From Veleropilina oligotropha (lineage: Eukaryota): 64,000 bases of DNA. The DNA lies in the NCBI GenBank assembly GCA_048128005.1, contig JBEUKZ010000031.1, positions 124,001-188,000 on the forward strand, read 5' to 3'. The notes beneath the pieces were generated by a model. That model saw only the letters and a list, made by a program, of their open reading frames with translations, did not search any database and was not told where the DNA came from. The translations under genes and the position numbers were made by a program. Below, piece after piece: positions 52,101-62,145 of this stretch. The stretch's first letter is position 1. Each line of letters begins with the position of its first letter.

Positions 52101-54017
52101 CTAGAAGTCCAATTTTCAGTGACTTTTTCTTTTTCTTAAACGACTTTAAATATTTCAGGCGCTTCCAGATTTTTTGTTCAGCCCCCTCCCTTATGGCACA
52201 CGTCATAAGTAATATGACATCTGACTGAAAAGGAAGGATTTTATTTTATTTTAATGACTTTAGTTTTATGATCACATCTCAACAATTTTGTTGTCATATC
52301 TGTCGTGTGTAATCTGGTTCATCGTCTCGTATTTGATCAACGGATATACTGCAACATGTGTGAAATTATTACATCTTGCTTATTATAAGTTATCGAGCGA
52401 CGTCGCGGTAAACACGGTGTATTGAATACTGCCTAGTGGTGTAACGATTCATCGATAATCGATGAATCGCGATTCCTTGCCAAAAGATACGATAATCGAT
52501 ACGCAGAGCATGACATCGAACTGTCTCCGACTCGCATTTTTATTCCATTTAGTCATTATTTAATAGCGTTTAATACCGGTACCCTACCTGTAATGTTAAT
52601 TTTTCTGGAAATACCAAATTCGACAAATTACGGAAGTTGGCCTAGTGCGATGTTCGGAGAAAATTCCAATGGCGTTCCACTGATGTTGCGTACACGGTGA
52701 TTGTAGCGAACCAAAAGTTGAAACATATCATATGCAATATTAAACTTGTTATCACATAAATTAAAATAGTTATACCAATAATGTTGTTGTGTATATTTAG
52801 TTATAATTTAGTTAGGCGGTATTCAATTCACCTTGTGTACCAAGACGTTGGTCGACAACGTATTTATTTTGATTTCTATATCTTGTCTTAATTACCATAC
52901 CTAATTACCTTATACTCTCGACTTGGCATAACACTCGTCTGTTGATATTTATAATACTAGCAGCCATTTTAATTTACAGAGCAAACTACGGTTATTTCCC
53001 TTTGACCAAACAGGAATATTTTCATTGAGAAGTGACGCAGACAATCAGAAGAGAGGATTCGCGGCGAAATCAAGATATTATACATTATTGATCCGGGTTA
53101 TGCTACTGGTATAAATAGAAGCATACATAAAGATATACATTGCCACTATAAATATCATATTTATTCTAAACCTTCAGTACTTATATTCAGAGTTATTTAG
53201 TTTTATTAAAGTAAAAACAAAAGTCATTAATATACATCAGAATTAATAAATCCCACATTGCATTCAATAATGATCTAGGTAAATATTCTTACCTCATCGA
53301 TAGCTTCCGATTTGTGAAAGCCATTTTCTTTCAGTATTGACCAGACTATTTCAGTATCATTAACATTCATCTGACATCCGTAGGTTTCCACAAATACTAC
53401 AAAAATATATTCAAATAAATATATATACAAACTTCACGTGATAAATTGAACGATCATACAATTTAAACAGTACCTGATAAAAAAAGTGGCATCAATTTAG
53501 ATAAAATATATGGCCTTTATTTTAAAATAGTTTAATTGCAATTTAGCAATCCTTTTGGCATACACGGAAAATTATTATCCAGTATGACTACGAACTATTT
53601 CAAATTATTAAATCTTAATTTTACATAATTTATAAAATGGTCAAACATTTACTGCTATAGATGACACATCTAGGCCTACCACTGTGCATGGCATTGTTTT
53701 ATTTCATTGTCTTGTAAATCATTTATTGTAATCAATATTTGGTTACAGTATGGCATACCTCTCTTATGTTTAACTTTACCAACATCAGGGTCGAGATATG
53801 GAATATTTTCCTTTATTAGCTCTGTATTTTTCAACGGCAAGGAATATGCATTCGCATTGGCAATGAAATGTTGAATTGACGGACCTTTCTTTGTTATAAA
53901 TTTCAGATCAACGGGTTTATTTTCGTGTTCTTTCGTTTCAACTTTGGCAGTGGCCAATTTGTTCAAACAGAGAGCAGACGAAATAAATCGTCTGCTACCG
54001 AATGTACCCAATTTCAT
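31089..54017 (-). CDS. CDK5RAP1: CDK5RAP1, mitochondrial tRNA ms2i6A37 methylthiotransferase (MiaB family), 12 coding exons, 574 aa
   Basis: Exons 54017-53759, 53396-53293, 52224-52101, 51821-51693, 48331-48250, 47404-47284, 45819-45577, 45149-44996, 35776-35646, 32928-32779, 32093-31953, 31175-31089. All introns are GT-AG and phases are consistent (1725 nt). Motifs: TYGCQMN, TCAIRE, GCMAE, radical-[38 protein letters not shown] domain. The start codon is the least certain point. Confidence 0.95.
31953..32093 (-). CDS. CDK5RAP1: CDK5RAP1 exon 11
   Basis: [19 protein letters not shown]...KPGDYIVTK (TRAM). Confidence 0.92.
32779..32928 (-). CDS. CDK5RAP1: CDK5RAP1 exon 10
   Basis: [12 protein letters not shown]...QLILVEG. 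Confidence 0.92.
32955..33735 (+). mobile_element. HINE-like tandem-repeat element(s)
   Basis: Units gtgtcctcatcataactaac.cataccaaatttgaatcaaatc.gatt; same family as 61340-62010 in the opposite orientation. Confidence 0.6.
35646..35776 (-). CDS. CDK5RAP1: CDK5RAP1 exon 9
   Basis: [25 protein letters not shown]...YSMR. Confidence 0.93.
35971..37577. repeat. Head-to-tail tandem (~2.3 x 725 bp) of a palindrome-headed, Crypton-like non-autonomous element
   Basis: Near-identical ORF-track peptides at 36471 and 37196 (725-bp period); each unit starts with a ~150-bp palindrome taggttacatgg...ccatgtaaccta. Confidence 0.85.
38218..38500. repeat. Diverged further copy of the same junction and palindrome
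   Basis: caagggaagcaactctcgcatcg...ggagtcatgatattata, then a palindrome with a gaggcgatagccgag loop. Confidence 0.75.
39733..42715 (+). mobile_element. Helentron/HINE-like tandem-repeat element containing a nested second HINE (40790-41502)
   Basis: Subterminal atatgtctcccc and terminal hairpin tgtctctcccatccttcggatggagagaca; units with tgaccttgacctttgacc. The nested element runs acaagagctgtc...gctcgactat to atagtcgagctaaaa. Confidence 0.7.
42960..44225 (+). pseudogene. Crypton-like tyrosine recombinase (DUF3504-like), disrupted
   Basis: SENTKKS..., [53 protein letters not shown] (HxxR), VTGHKS..SL..Y; stops and frameshifts. Confidence 0.8.
44996..45149 (-). CDS. CDK5RAP1: CDK5RAP1 exon 8
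   Basis: [22 protein letters not shown]...RGYTREAY. Confidence 0.93.
45577..45819 (-). CDS. CDK5RAP1: CDK5RAP1 exon 7
   Basis: [15 protein letters not shown]...[13 protein letters not shown]. Confidence 0.95.
45833..46026. mobile_element. PIF/Harbinger-type MITE
   Basis: ~50-bp TIRs gggctgttccagaaaaatctaca... / ...tgtagatttttctggaacagccc; TTA TSD. Confidence 0.85.
46190..46433 (-). mobile_element. SINE family A
   Basis: Near-identical to 63339-63599; TSD CGATTGAAATGT at 46178-46189 and 46434-46445. Confidence 0.9.
47284..47404 (-). CDS. CDK5RAP1: CDK5RAP1 exon 6
   Basis: [25 protein letters not shown] (radical-SAM CxxxCxxC). Confidence 0.95.
47683..47920 (-). mobile_element. SINE family A copy, diverged
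   Basis: ggatcgatgcttaat...cccgccctccaaccagttac...gaacccacgactgttcg. Confidence 0.7.
48250..48331 (-). CDS. CDK5RAP1: CDK5RAP1 exon 5
   Basis: [18 protein letters not shown]...TAFV. Confidence 0.93.
48781..49410. mobile_element. Tc1/mariner (pogo-like) MITE
   Basis: TIRs ccgtattatcg.gcatttaggggcatgcccttata / reverse complement; TA flanks; internal aagggcatg repeats. Confidence 0.8.
49412..51536. repeat. ~373-bp tandem repeat (about 3 units), interrupted by a Harbinger-type element
   Basis: Unit start tatag.ttagatgg..gattggag at ~49417, 50790 and 51162. Confidence 0.75.
49561..50553. mobile_element. Harbinger-type non-autonomous element rich in ctacg/cgtag motifs
   Basis: TIRs agcccagttctcacct.cacggttc / gaaccgtgtaggtgagaactaggct; TTA TSD; the empty site aattcttattgtcaaa is seen in the sister unit at ~51298. 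Confidence 0.88.
51693..51821 (-). CDS. CDK5RAP1: CDK5RAP1 exon 4
   Basis: GCMAERLK...[17 protein letters not shown]. Confidence 0.95.
52101..52224 (-). CDS. CDK5RAP1: CDK5RAP1 exon 3
   Basis: [20 protein letters not shown]...IGLL. Confidence 0.95.
53293..53396 (-). CDS. CDK5RAP1: CDK5RAP1 exon 2
   Basis: [22 protein letters not shown]. Confidence 0.95.
53759..54017 (-). CDS. CDK5RAP1: CDK5RAP1 exon 1 (transit-peptide-like)
   Basis: [18 protein letters not shown]...GPSIQHFI...IPYL; GT donor in the correct phase. Confidence 0.8.
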
Positions 54018-54466
54018 TTTCTGACCCACAAATATAAGAATAATGTTTGTTCAAATAAAACAACTAATTCTTAAAAAGAATATCCAAACAATAACGCATC
54101 TTTTCGGTGTAAAGTCACTATTTAAGCTGTACTCTTTGGGAAAGGATTTCCACTGCTGACTTTTCTAATACCGGAAACCACACGTGTCTGCTTGCAAAAT
54201 ATGGAATATAACAAAATGCGAAAATAGATGTCAGAATCCTGCAAGTGTTCTTGACATTAATTCATAAAAGTAATCACTAAATTATATATATATATATACA
54301 TATCTCTAAAATAATCAGAAACGTAATATTTAATCACAGTTTTTAGGAAATAAATATAAATTATCAATTAAATATTCGTTATATTCAACGATTCGTTATT
54401 TTAATCAATTCGATTATTAAAAATGGCGCCGCCCAGGTGACGAAACATGCTAGCAATATCGTGATC
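54018..54466. promoter_or_regulatory. Probable bidirectional promoter region, CDK5RAP1/YRDC
   Basis: 449 bp between divergent ATGs; YY1-like AAAATGGCG at 54420-54428; ccggaa (ETS-like) and cacgtg (E-box) at ~54171-54186. Confidence 0.6.
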
Positions 54467-57400
54467 ATGACAAGGAAAGCAATTTGTTCAATTTTCAGCT
54501 CAAGATTCAAAAGTCACAGGAAGGCCCTTCTACGACGACTTCATCTACAAATGGATCCCATATCACAGATTATTTGTCTTCATAAAAATGGTATTCCGTA
54601 ATGTTTTACTTTGAGTTTGGACCTGACTATCATTATGAGTATATGACATAATTTCATAAATGATTGCACATTAACAATTTACGTTAATGATTATTGATCA
54701 TAATATATTTTTTGGTTTAGTCCAATAATTTGCTGTAGGTGTTACCTAGAAACGAGCCCTCAGATATAACATGTATATAGGCCTTAATTATGTACAGGTG
54801 CAGATAATTAAAATATACTTAATATGCAACAGGTGCTACCCTAGCCCGATAAATCTGCCCCTAATTACAAGCTCGAAATCCTGACGGTCGCGTGTACACG
54901 CGACCGTCAGGATTTTGAGCTTGTAATTAGGGGCAGATTTATCGGGCTAGTGCTACCCTAGTCCGATAAATCTGCCCCTAATTACAAGCTCGAAATTCTG
55001 ACGGTCGCGTGTATAGGCCGATAAATCTGCCCCTAATTACAAGCTCGAAATTCTGACGGTCGCGTGTATAGGGTCAGATGTCGCCGCTATTAAAAAGGCG
55101 TAGGTCTGTAACCCAAATCTAGCGACAGCGATATCGACACCTTTACGTGCCATACGGCGAATATTCGAATACCCACACATCAATAAACCATTTAACACTC
55201 ACCTGCCTTTATTGTTCATCAATCCTAGTGATATAAGTCACATTATAAGCTTATATTGTTACTCGAAACGTGTTAATTAGACGCCATTATCAAACCGACA
55301 CAGTCGCATCGACCAATCAGAGTGGCTTAACCAGAAGCCACTCTGATTGGTCGATGCGACTGTGTGTCGGTTTGATAATGGCGTCTAATTAACACGTTTC
55401 GAGTAACAATATAAGCTTATAATGTGACTTATATCACTAGGATTGATGAACAATAAAGGCAGGTGAGTGTTAAATGGTTTATTGATGTGTGGGTATCGAA
55501 ATATTCGCCGTATGGCACGTAAAGGTGTCGATATCGCTGTCGCTAGATTTGGGTTACAGACCTACGCCTTTTTAATAGCGGCGACATCTGACCCTATACA
55601 CGCGACCGTCAGAATTTCGAGCTTGTAATTAGGGGCAGATTTATCGGCCTATACACGCGACCGTCAGAATTTCGAGCTTGTAATTAGGGGCAGATTTATC
55701 GGACTAGTGCTACCCTACTCCAACAACGTTAGAGCCTGCTATAGTTCCTAGGGTTGGGAAGGCACGTACGTCAACCCGGTCTCGTATGTTATAGGAGTAG
55801 TGCTACCCATGCTAAACAGGTCAAGTCAACGCCAGAAAGTCGAGTCAACTCACCGCCAAGGTTCTTACATAATTATTTTATTATTTTACAAGTATGTTTT
55901 ATTTAAAATTTACAGTTTTATACTATTTAATAAATAAAATGATTGATTTCTTCCTGGACATAGATGCGAAATGGGTTGCTGCCATTGACGAAGAAACAAT
56001 ACGTGTGTCTCAAATGTGAAACACATTTTATTGAATAAAAACATTATCGCTCTTTGACCCACTGCTATGCTTTCAATTATAAGATACAAAATAATCATGT
56101 CGCCATAGTCAGTATTTTTATCATGATAATTTGTTGATGTTCATTTATTTAATCCGCAAATGGGATGCTGCGGTGAGTAGTTGTTACCTTTGATAAGCGA
56201 TGGCAGTGAGTTGACCAGGCAGTGAGTTGACCTGTATTCCTACCTGTAGCGGTTAACAGTACACAACACAACAGCCATTTTCCACACAACATTTTGTTCT
56301 AGAATATTCTGACCATGGGCATTAAGTAAGTGCATATTTACAACGAATACCATATATTTCCTATTTCTATAGTGATGAGCACGCATATTATATATATACG
56401 TCAAGGAAATATAGCAATGAAATGTTTATATACGCTTAAAATCTTTGCAAATAAATAACAATTATCCGCGAAATTGACCATGGCAAGAATGACCAGCAAA
56501 TATTGTGTGACATGTGACATAGCCAAGACCCGACCTTACCGTAATACGAGGTTCGACAAAGTCCGCTTCAAAACGTGTGATGTCATGTCGCGTAAATCGA
56601 TCGTAGCAAGATTGGATTGACGACGCGAGATCTCCTAGTCGTATCGAGATGCGCATAACCAGGAAAATAGTTCTATTTCCAGGTGATAACAACGGTTTTG
56701 AATTAATAGTATGTTGTGTAGTTATCTGCCCTTGAATCCGTTCTTCTGTCTTTTCCGTATACAGGTTAGTGTGAAAGCTCGCACTGCGTGCTCGCTATTA
56801 ATAATACAAAATTTGAATCTAATATTTAATGGAAATGCTGTGACAGTGTCCTTCTCCGAACTAGTTTATTGACATAATTATATTGGCCCAATGTCTCTTG
56901 AACTTTGATCATTCCATGACCTGACCTGAGTTTAATTCGGTAAATTCCGCTCCGAATCATCATGAAAGTTGCCAAGATGACAATCGAGACAGAGTTTGAA
57001 ATATAGCTCAATCACGTCAAGACAATGAAGATTTACGGTAACGATTGTCCGAGATTTTGATATTTAAACTTCAGCAGAATTCGCTGCTTATGACAGGCGC
57101 GTAGTAGCGCCTGTCACATGCATGTTTATGTGCAATAGCTTCTTCCATGATATATTACCCATAACCGAACAAGCTATTATCTTTGCAAAATCAATCCCAG
57201 AATGCCCAGATTTTGTGTTCCCTGTTTATATCGAGGCCTATTTGATTTAGTTGATAATTCGTTATTTTCTATGCACGTGTTAGTCTATAAGAGCTCGCAG
57301 TTCGTGCTCGTTATTACTATACATTTCAACGTTGTCTACTAAAAAAAATTACAACCCAGTTACATAAGATGGTGACTTGATAAAAAAGGTATTTCGATCG

Positions 57401-59595
57401 AGAACGGACAGCCAGAATGTATATTGGTTGAGAACGGACATGGCACGTATATTAGAAAGTTTCACCAAGAACATAGTAAATAATAATATTTATATCAATT
57501 GTTTTTAACCCCAGCCTAAAATAAATAAATGCTTGGGTTGTTATCATCGCCAGAGGCAGGCGACAGAGCATTTGTCCAGCATTTGCTTCTAAATTACTCC
57601 AAAAATGTTAGAGGTACTCCTATCAAATTTGAGACCGGGTTGACGTGCCTTTCCAAACCCTTAGTAAGAAGTAGCAGGCTAGCGTTGTTGGAGTATGTTA
57701 GAGGCTGTTACATCCTATGCAGGTAGCATGTCAACCCGGTTTCATATGTTATAGGAGTACTTCTATATATGACATCTTCATTAAATTTGATATGCTGATT
57801 ATCCCCCTCATCAATGAAGTCGTCGTGATATTATAGAAAGGAGTTTAGTCATCTCAGTGTGTCGGATATCTATGACCTATGTATTCTTGTAAACTTACAA
57901 TTGATCTACTTTCCTCATGACAAAATGATTTTCCGTATGCAACCTTTGGCTAATCCAGGATACAGCATTACTCCGGATCATATCTCTGCTTATATATCAT
58001 CTTCATTGATTTAAATGATATGCTAGGTAACGTCGACCTAACGTACCTCTTTCGACATAAATTTCTGTGTAACCTTCGACCCTACCATTATGGCCTTACC
58101 CAAATTTAGTTTGAGTCATTTGTCCAGAATATGTCTCGGCTACTATATATGGTAACCTTTATTTAATTTGCAATATGTGGACTCACCTTGACCGACTTTT
58201 AACGCGACAAATTTTCCATATTTAAACAATTTTTATTTCAAAATTCCTGACAACTCGAGGGTGGTATGTGGCTATTTATGCATATATATGATTATTGCGT
58301 ACCGCTTCGATAGTCACAGGCTGGATCCCGCTGACACAGACAGTACAGTATTTGGTTCGAACCACGGCTGAGACATGACATTTGTTCAAGTTATGTGTAA
58401 CAGTTGTCCGTAACTAGTCGGAGAGGGCGGGTTCCCCCAGGCTTTCTTTCTGCTTTAATATGGACATGTCCTGCTTTGAACCTAATGATGGTTGGAAATG
58501 GACTTTAACCATCGATCTTTTCTTTACATACATTATTTCAGAGTTTCCGGAGCAAGTAAAAATTGCCCAGCAGAGTTTAGCCAATGGAAACATTATTGCT
58601 GTGCCAACGGATACGATATATGGTCTGGCTGGCTTAACTCAAAACAGCGATGCTTTACAAAAGATTTATAACATTAAACAACGTGATGCGTCTAAGCCAA
58701 TATCAATCAGCGTTGGAAACATTCCAGAGGTATACAGGTAATATGTGTTTTCAAAGTAATATATTTAGTGTTACTGTCATCTATTCAAGATATTGCTAGT
58801 CTGTATAGTATTTCAGTAATTTTCCAAAAGTAAATTTTGTCGTGGAGGTTCACATAGATAAACAAAAACATAGCAATATTATTCTTTTGTTAGGGTAAGG
58901 AGTAATTAGAAATTCGTTATCACTATTCAATTCATATCATGGTATTCTCAGACTCAGAAGGTGGCATATCATATGCCACCTGAGTCTGAGAAAACCTGTT
59001 TCACGCTGAATGAAATATAGTAGTCATTAATCAATCATTAATACGCGGCAATATATAATTACATTGTACTGATATGATAATTAAATATGCAGTTATTGAC
59101 ATCTCCTGATTTTATAATTAATTGATACAATCATTTGTTAGTCCATAAAAGTGGTGTTCAAAGATCTGTTGGTGTCCAGCTAAGAGCCTCTGGGGCATTA
59201 TTAATACAATAATTTCAAAACATGGTCTTGAGGACAACATTCTGGTAGCTAGTCATCTTGTAGAGGTCAATGTTGGATACATTATTTACATGAAGCAATT
59301 TAATGTTTTAATTTTCTAAAATATAAATATATAACATATGTTTACCATCGTATGATTCAGGTGGGCCAAGGTCACAATATGTAAAGAGATGCTTCATGAC
59401 TTGCTACCGGGACCAGTTACCTTAGTGTTTGAAAGAAAAAAAGAACTGAATGTAGACTTGAACCCAGGTGCCCCATTAGTTGGCATACGCATTCCAGATC
59501 ACCAGTTTGTGAGAGATTTAGCGACGGCTTGCAACGGTCCCCTGGCGTTGACTAGTGCCAATGTGAGCTGCATGAGGAGCACACTGAACATTCAT
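54467..59595 (+). CDS. YRDC: YRDC/Sua5 threonylcarbamoyl-AMP synthase, first three coding exons (3' exons not found in window)
   Basis: Exons 54467-54590, 58542-58737, 59361-59595; GT-AG, phases consistent. Motifs IAVPTDTIYGL, KQRDASKPISI, LLPGPVTLV, VGIRIPD, PLALTSAN. Confidence 0.92.
54842..54949. mobile_element. 108-bp palindromic mini-element, 9-bp flanking repeats
   Basis: tagcccgataaatctgcccc...cgtgtacacg...ggggcagatttatcgggcta; GTGCTACCC on both sides. Confidence 0.85.
54959..55706. mobile_element. 748-bp foldback element of the same family, 9-bp flanking repeats
   Basis: ~370-bp near-perfect arms, loop near 55329-55334, duplicated ~56-bp terminal module; GTGCTACCC on both sides. Confidence 0.9.
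55716..55799. mobile_element. 84-bp mini-element (TACTCC...GGAGTA), 9-bp flanking repeats
   Basis: GTGCTACCC on both sides; homologous to the copies at 57595-57759. Confidence 0.85.
57595..57759. mobile_element. TACTCC...GGAGTA mini-element containing an inverted copy of itself (57615-57695)
   Basis: Inner TSD TGTTAGAGG (57606-57614, 57696-57704); outer TSD CTTCTAAAT/CTTCTATAT. Confidence 0.85.
58320..58510 (+). mobile_element. SINE family A copy, diverged, next to YRDC exon 2
   Basis: ggttcgaaccacggctgag...atttgttcaagttatg...cggagagggcgggtt. Confidence 0.65.
58542..58737 (+). CDS. YRDC: YRDC exon 2
   Basis: FPEQVKIAQQSLANGNIIAVPTDTIYGLAG...KPISISVG. Confidence 0.93.
59361..59595 (+). CDS. 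YRDC: YRDC exon 3
   Basis: WAKVTICKEMLHDLLPGPVTLVFER...PLALTSANVS. Confidence 0.93.
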
Positions 59596-60231
59596 GTAAG
59601 CTGAAGTATTTATATAGTTACTGTAATAACACTTGTCATAATCATATACCTAATGTTCCGGAATCTATTATACTTTGCGCATGTTCTATCAAATGGCTGG
59701 TGGTGTTTGGTGTTCCGTCCTGCTGATCGACTTTGTGTTTGTGAGCTGTGCTCATGTCTCTCTTGTTGTATGTGCATTTTAAACCGTCCCCATAATTAAC
59801 CATCTTTTTTAGCCAAGGGGTGTGTTCAACGGAAACGAACGTTAGGTAACGCCACCTAACGCTTTCAGGGATACTGAACGCCCGTTGACAACTTCCGTCA
59901 TCCTCAAGAATAAAAAAATCTCTTGGTAAAGTAATTTATGAAATACAAGGCTGTTTATTTTCCATCTGCATTTTAATTTCATATTGCTTTTAGAATTGAA
60001 CATATACGCATTGCAGATGATCCGTTTGACTATTAAAATTAACTACAGTAGGTATATGATGAATTTTACCTCTCATAGCCATAGAAAAATAAATTGTCTC
60101 CCATGATTTCAACTGAAGTTATTGTTATTTTATATAATACGATACAGCAGAGAGCACAAAAATGAACATAAGAGAAATATATAAATGGGTGATTTTCTCA
60201 ATACGGGCAGAAATGAAGTTGCAGTATCGCG

Positions 60232-60890
60232 TATTATAAGTTACATGGTTTTTACTGACCTAATATGGTATATACAGGGTGAGTAAAATTCGTATCAGGC
60301 GAGAGCGAAGCTCGAGCCTGATAGGAATTTTAATCACCCTGTATATACCATATTAGGTCAGTAACAAACCATGTAACGAATATATCTTACCGACAACCTT
60401 TTTTACACTTTAACCTGTCTAAACCGGTCACATTCCTGTGGTGTCGTCGGCGCGAACCGTTTTTTGGCCGCCATATTGTTTATTGATTTGTATAAGGCAC
60501 AGGGGCGATAACTCTATACTGACCCTGTATGGCGGTGAGCTAACCCCATATGGATTTATACAGGGTCGACACGTGATCGGTCTAACCCAATCACTATCGT
60601 GGAAACTTGTTGGAGGTAAGATATAGTATATACAGGGTGAGTAAAATTCATATCAGGCGAGAGCGAAGGTGAAGTAACCCCATATGGATTATACACGGTC
60701 GACACGTGATCGGTCTAACCCAATCACTATCGTGGAAACTTGTTGGAGGTAAGATATAGTATATACAGGGTGAGTAAAATTCATATCAGGCGAGAGCGAA
60801 GGTGCAGTAACCCCATATGGATTATACACGGTCGACACGTGATGGGTCTAACCCAATCACTATCGTAGAAACTTGTTGGAGGTAAGATAT
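60232..60890. repeat. Crypton-like palindrome followed by ~134-bp tandem repeats (about 2.6 units)
   Basis: gttacatggtt...caggcgagagcgaagctcgagcctg...aaccatgtaac; units start taaccccatatgg at 60541, 60675 and 60808. Confidence 0.75.
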
Positions 60891-60964
60891 AATTTTTTAT
60901 GGTATACAGAGTAGGCCCTATAGTGTAAAACTGATATATGAGCAGAGCTGATTTCCTCCATTTC

Positions 60965-62145
60965 TATCCCCCCGGTTACCATTAGGGGGGATCGCCCAGT
61001 CTGTCGGTCCGTCCGTCTGTCTGTATGTAATCGATATCGTTTCCGGAGCATATCTCGTACACCGTTCGACATACCTTTATGAAACTTGCTGCATGTATTT
61101 AGTAGCAGGTGAACTGGTGCCTTTTGCCAGTTTCGACATTATGCAGCGATTATTAACAGAGTAACTGCCCTTGTAAATTTGTTAATGTTATCTTTTCCAG
61201 AGCATATCTCATACAACGCTCAACATAACTTTACGAAACTTCATGGGTGTATTAAGTAATTGGTGAACTGGTTCATTTTGCTAATTGCAACGTTGTGCGG
61301 CGATTAATAACAGTTATTGCCTTTGTTGTAAATGTGTAGTGTGCTCTACAGTGAAAATTTCTGATCCAATTTGATTCAAATTTGGTTAGTACTTTAGTTA
61401 TGATGAGGACACGCCACCTAACGAGTTTCGTCCTTTTCCGATCAAAGATGGCCACCGTGGCGGCCATTTTGTTTGGAGAGATTTCTTGTGCGCGCGACAG
61501 TGAAATTTTTTATGCGATTTCATTCAAATTTGGTATGCGTGTTAGTTATGATGAGGACACACCGACTAACGATTTTCGTCAGTTTCGGATTCAAGATGGC
61601 CGCCTTGGCTGCCATTTTCTTTGACGATAATTCTTGTCAGCTCTCTACACTGAAAAGTTCTAATCCGATTTGATATGCAACTTTGTTATGATGAGGACAC
61701 GCCGCCTAACGATTTACATCGTTTTCAGATCAAAGATGGCTGCCGTGGCAGCCATTTTGTTTAGAGGGATTTCATGTACGCGCTCTACAGTGAAATATTT
61801 TAGTCCACTGTGATTCAAATTTGGTAAGCATGTTAGTTATGATGAGGAAACACTGCCTAACGATTTTCATCAATTTTGGATTCAAAATGGCCACTGTGGC
61901 GTCCATTTCCTTTGAGTATATTTTTTGTGTACACTCGACAGTGAAAAGTTAATATCCGATTTGATTAAAATTAGATATACATGTTTTGTATGATGAGAAC
62001 ACAGTGCCCTTTGATTTTTGCTACCGTGGGAAGGGATACATCCCCTCGACTTGCCGGTTGAGGATTCGATAGTTGTTAATTTACCATTGCGGGAGATATT
62101 GCAGGGATGTGGTGTTAAAATTAACGATCCACCGGGGGGATGGGG
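60965..62145 (-). mobile_element. HINE-like tandem-repeat elements (nested)
   Basis: tatccccccggttaccattagggggga hairpin; (ccgt/ctgt)n; ~150-bp units gttatgatgaggacac...caagatggcc. Confidence 0.6.

Noticed and set aside
54833..55808. Literal CRISPR array
   Set aside because: The repeat is only 9 bp and the spacers are TIR elements; it is better explained as stacked TSDs.
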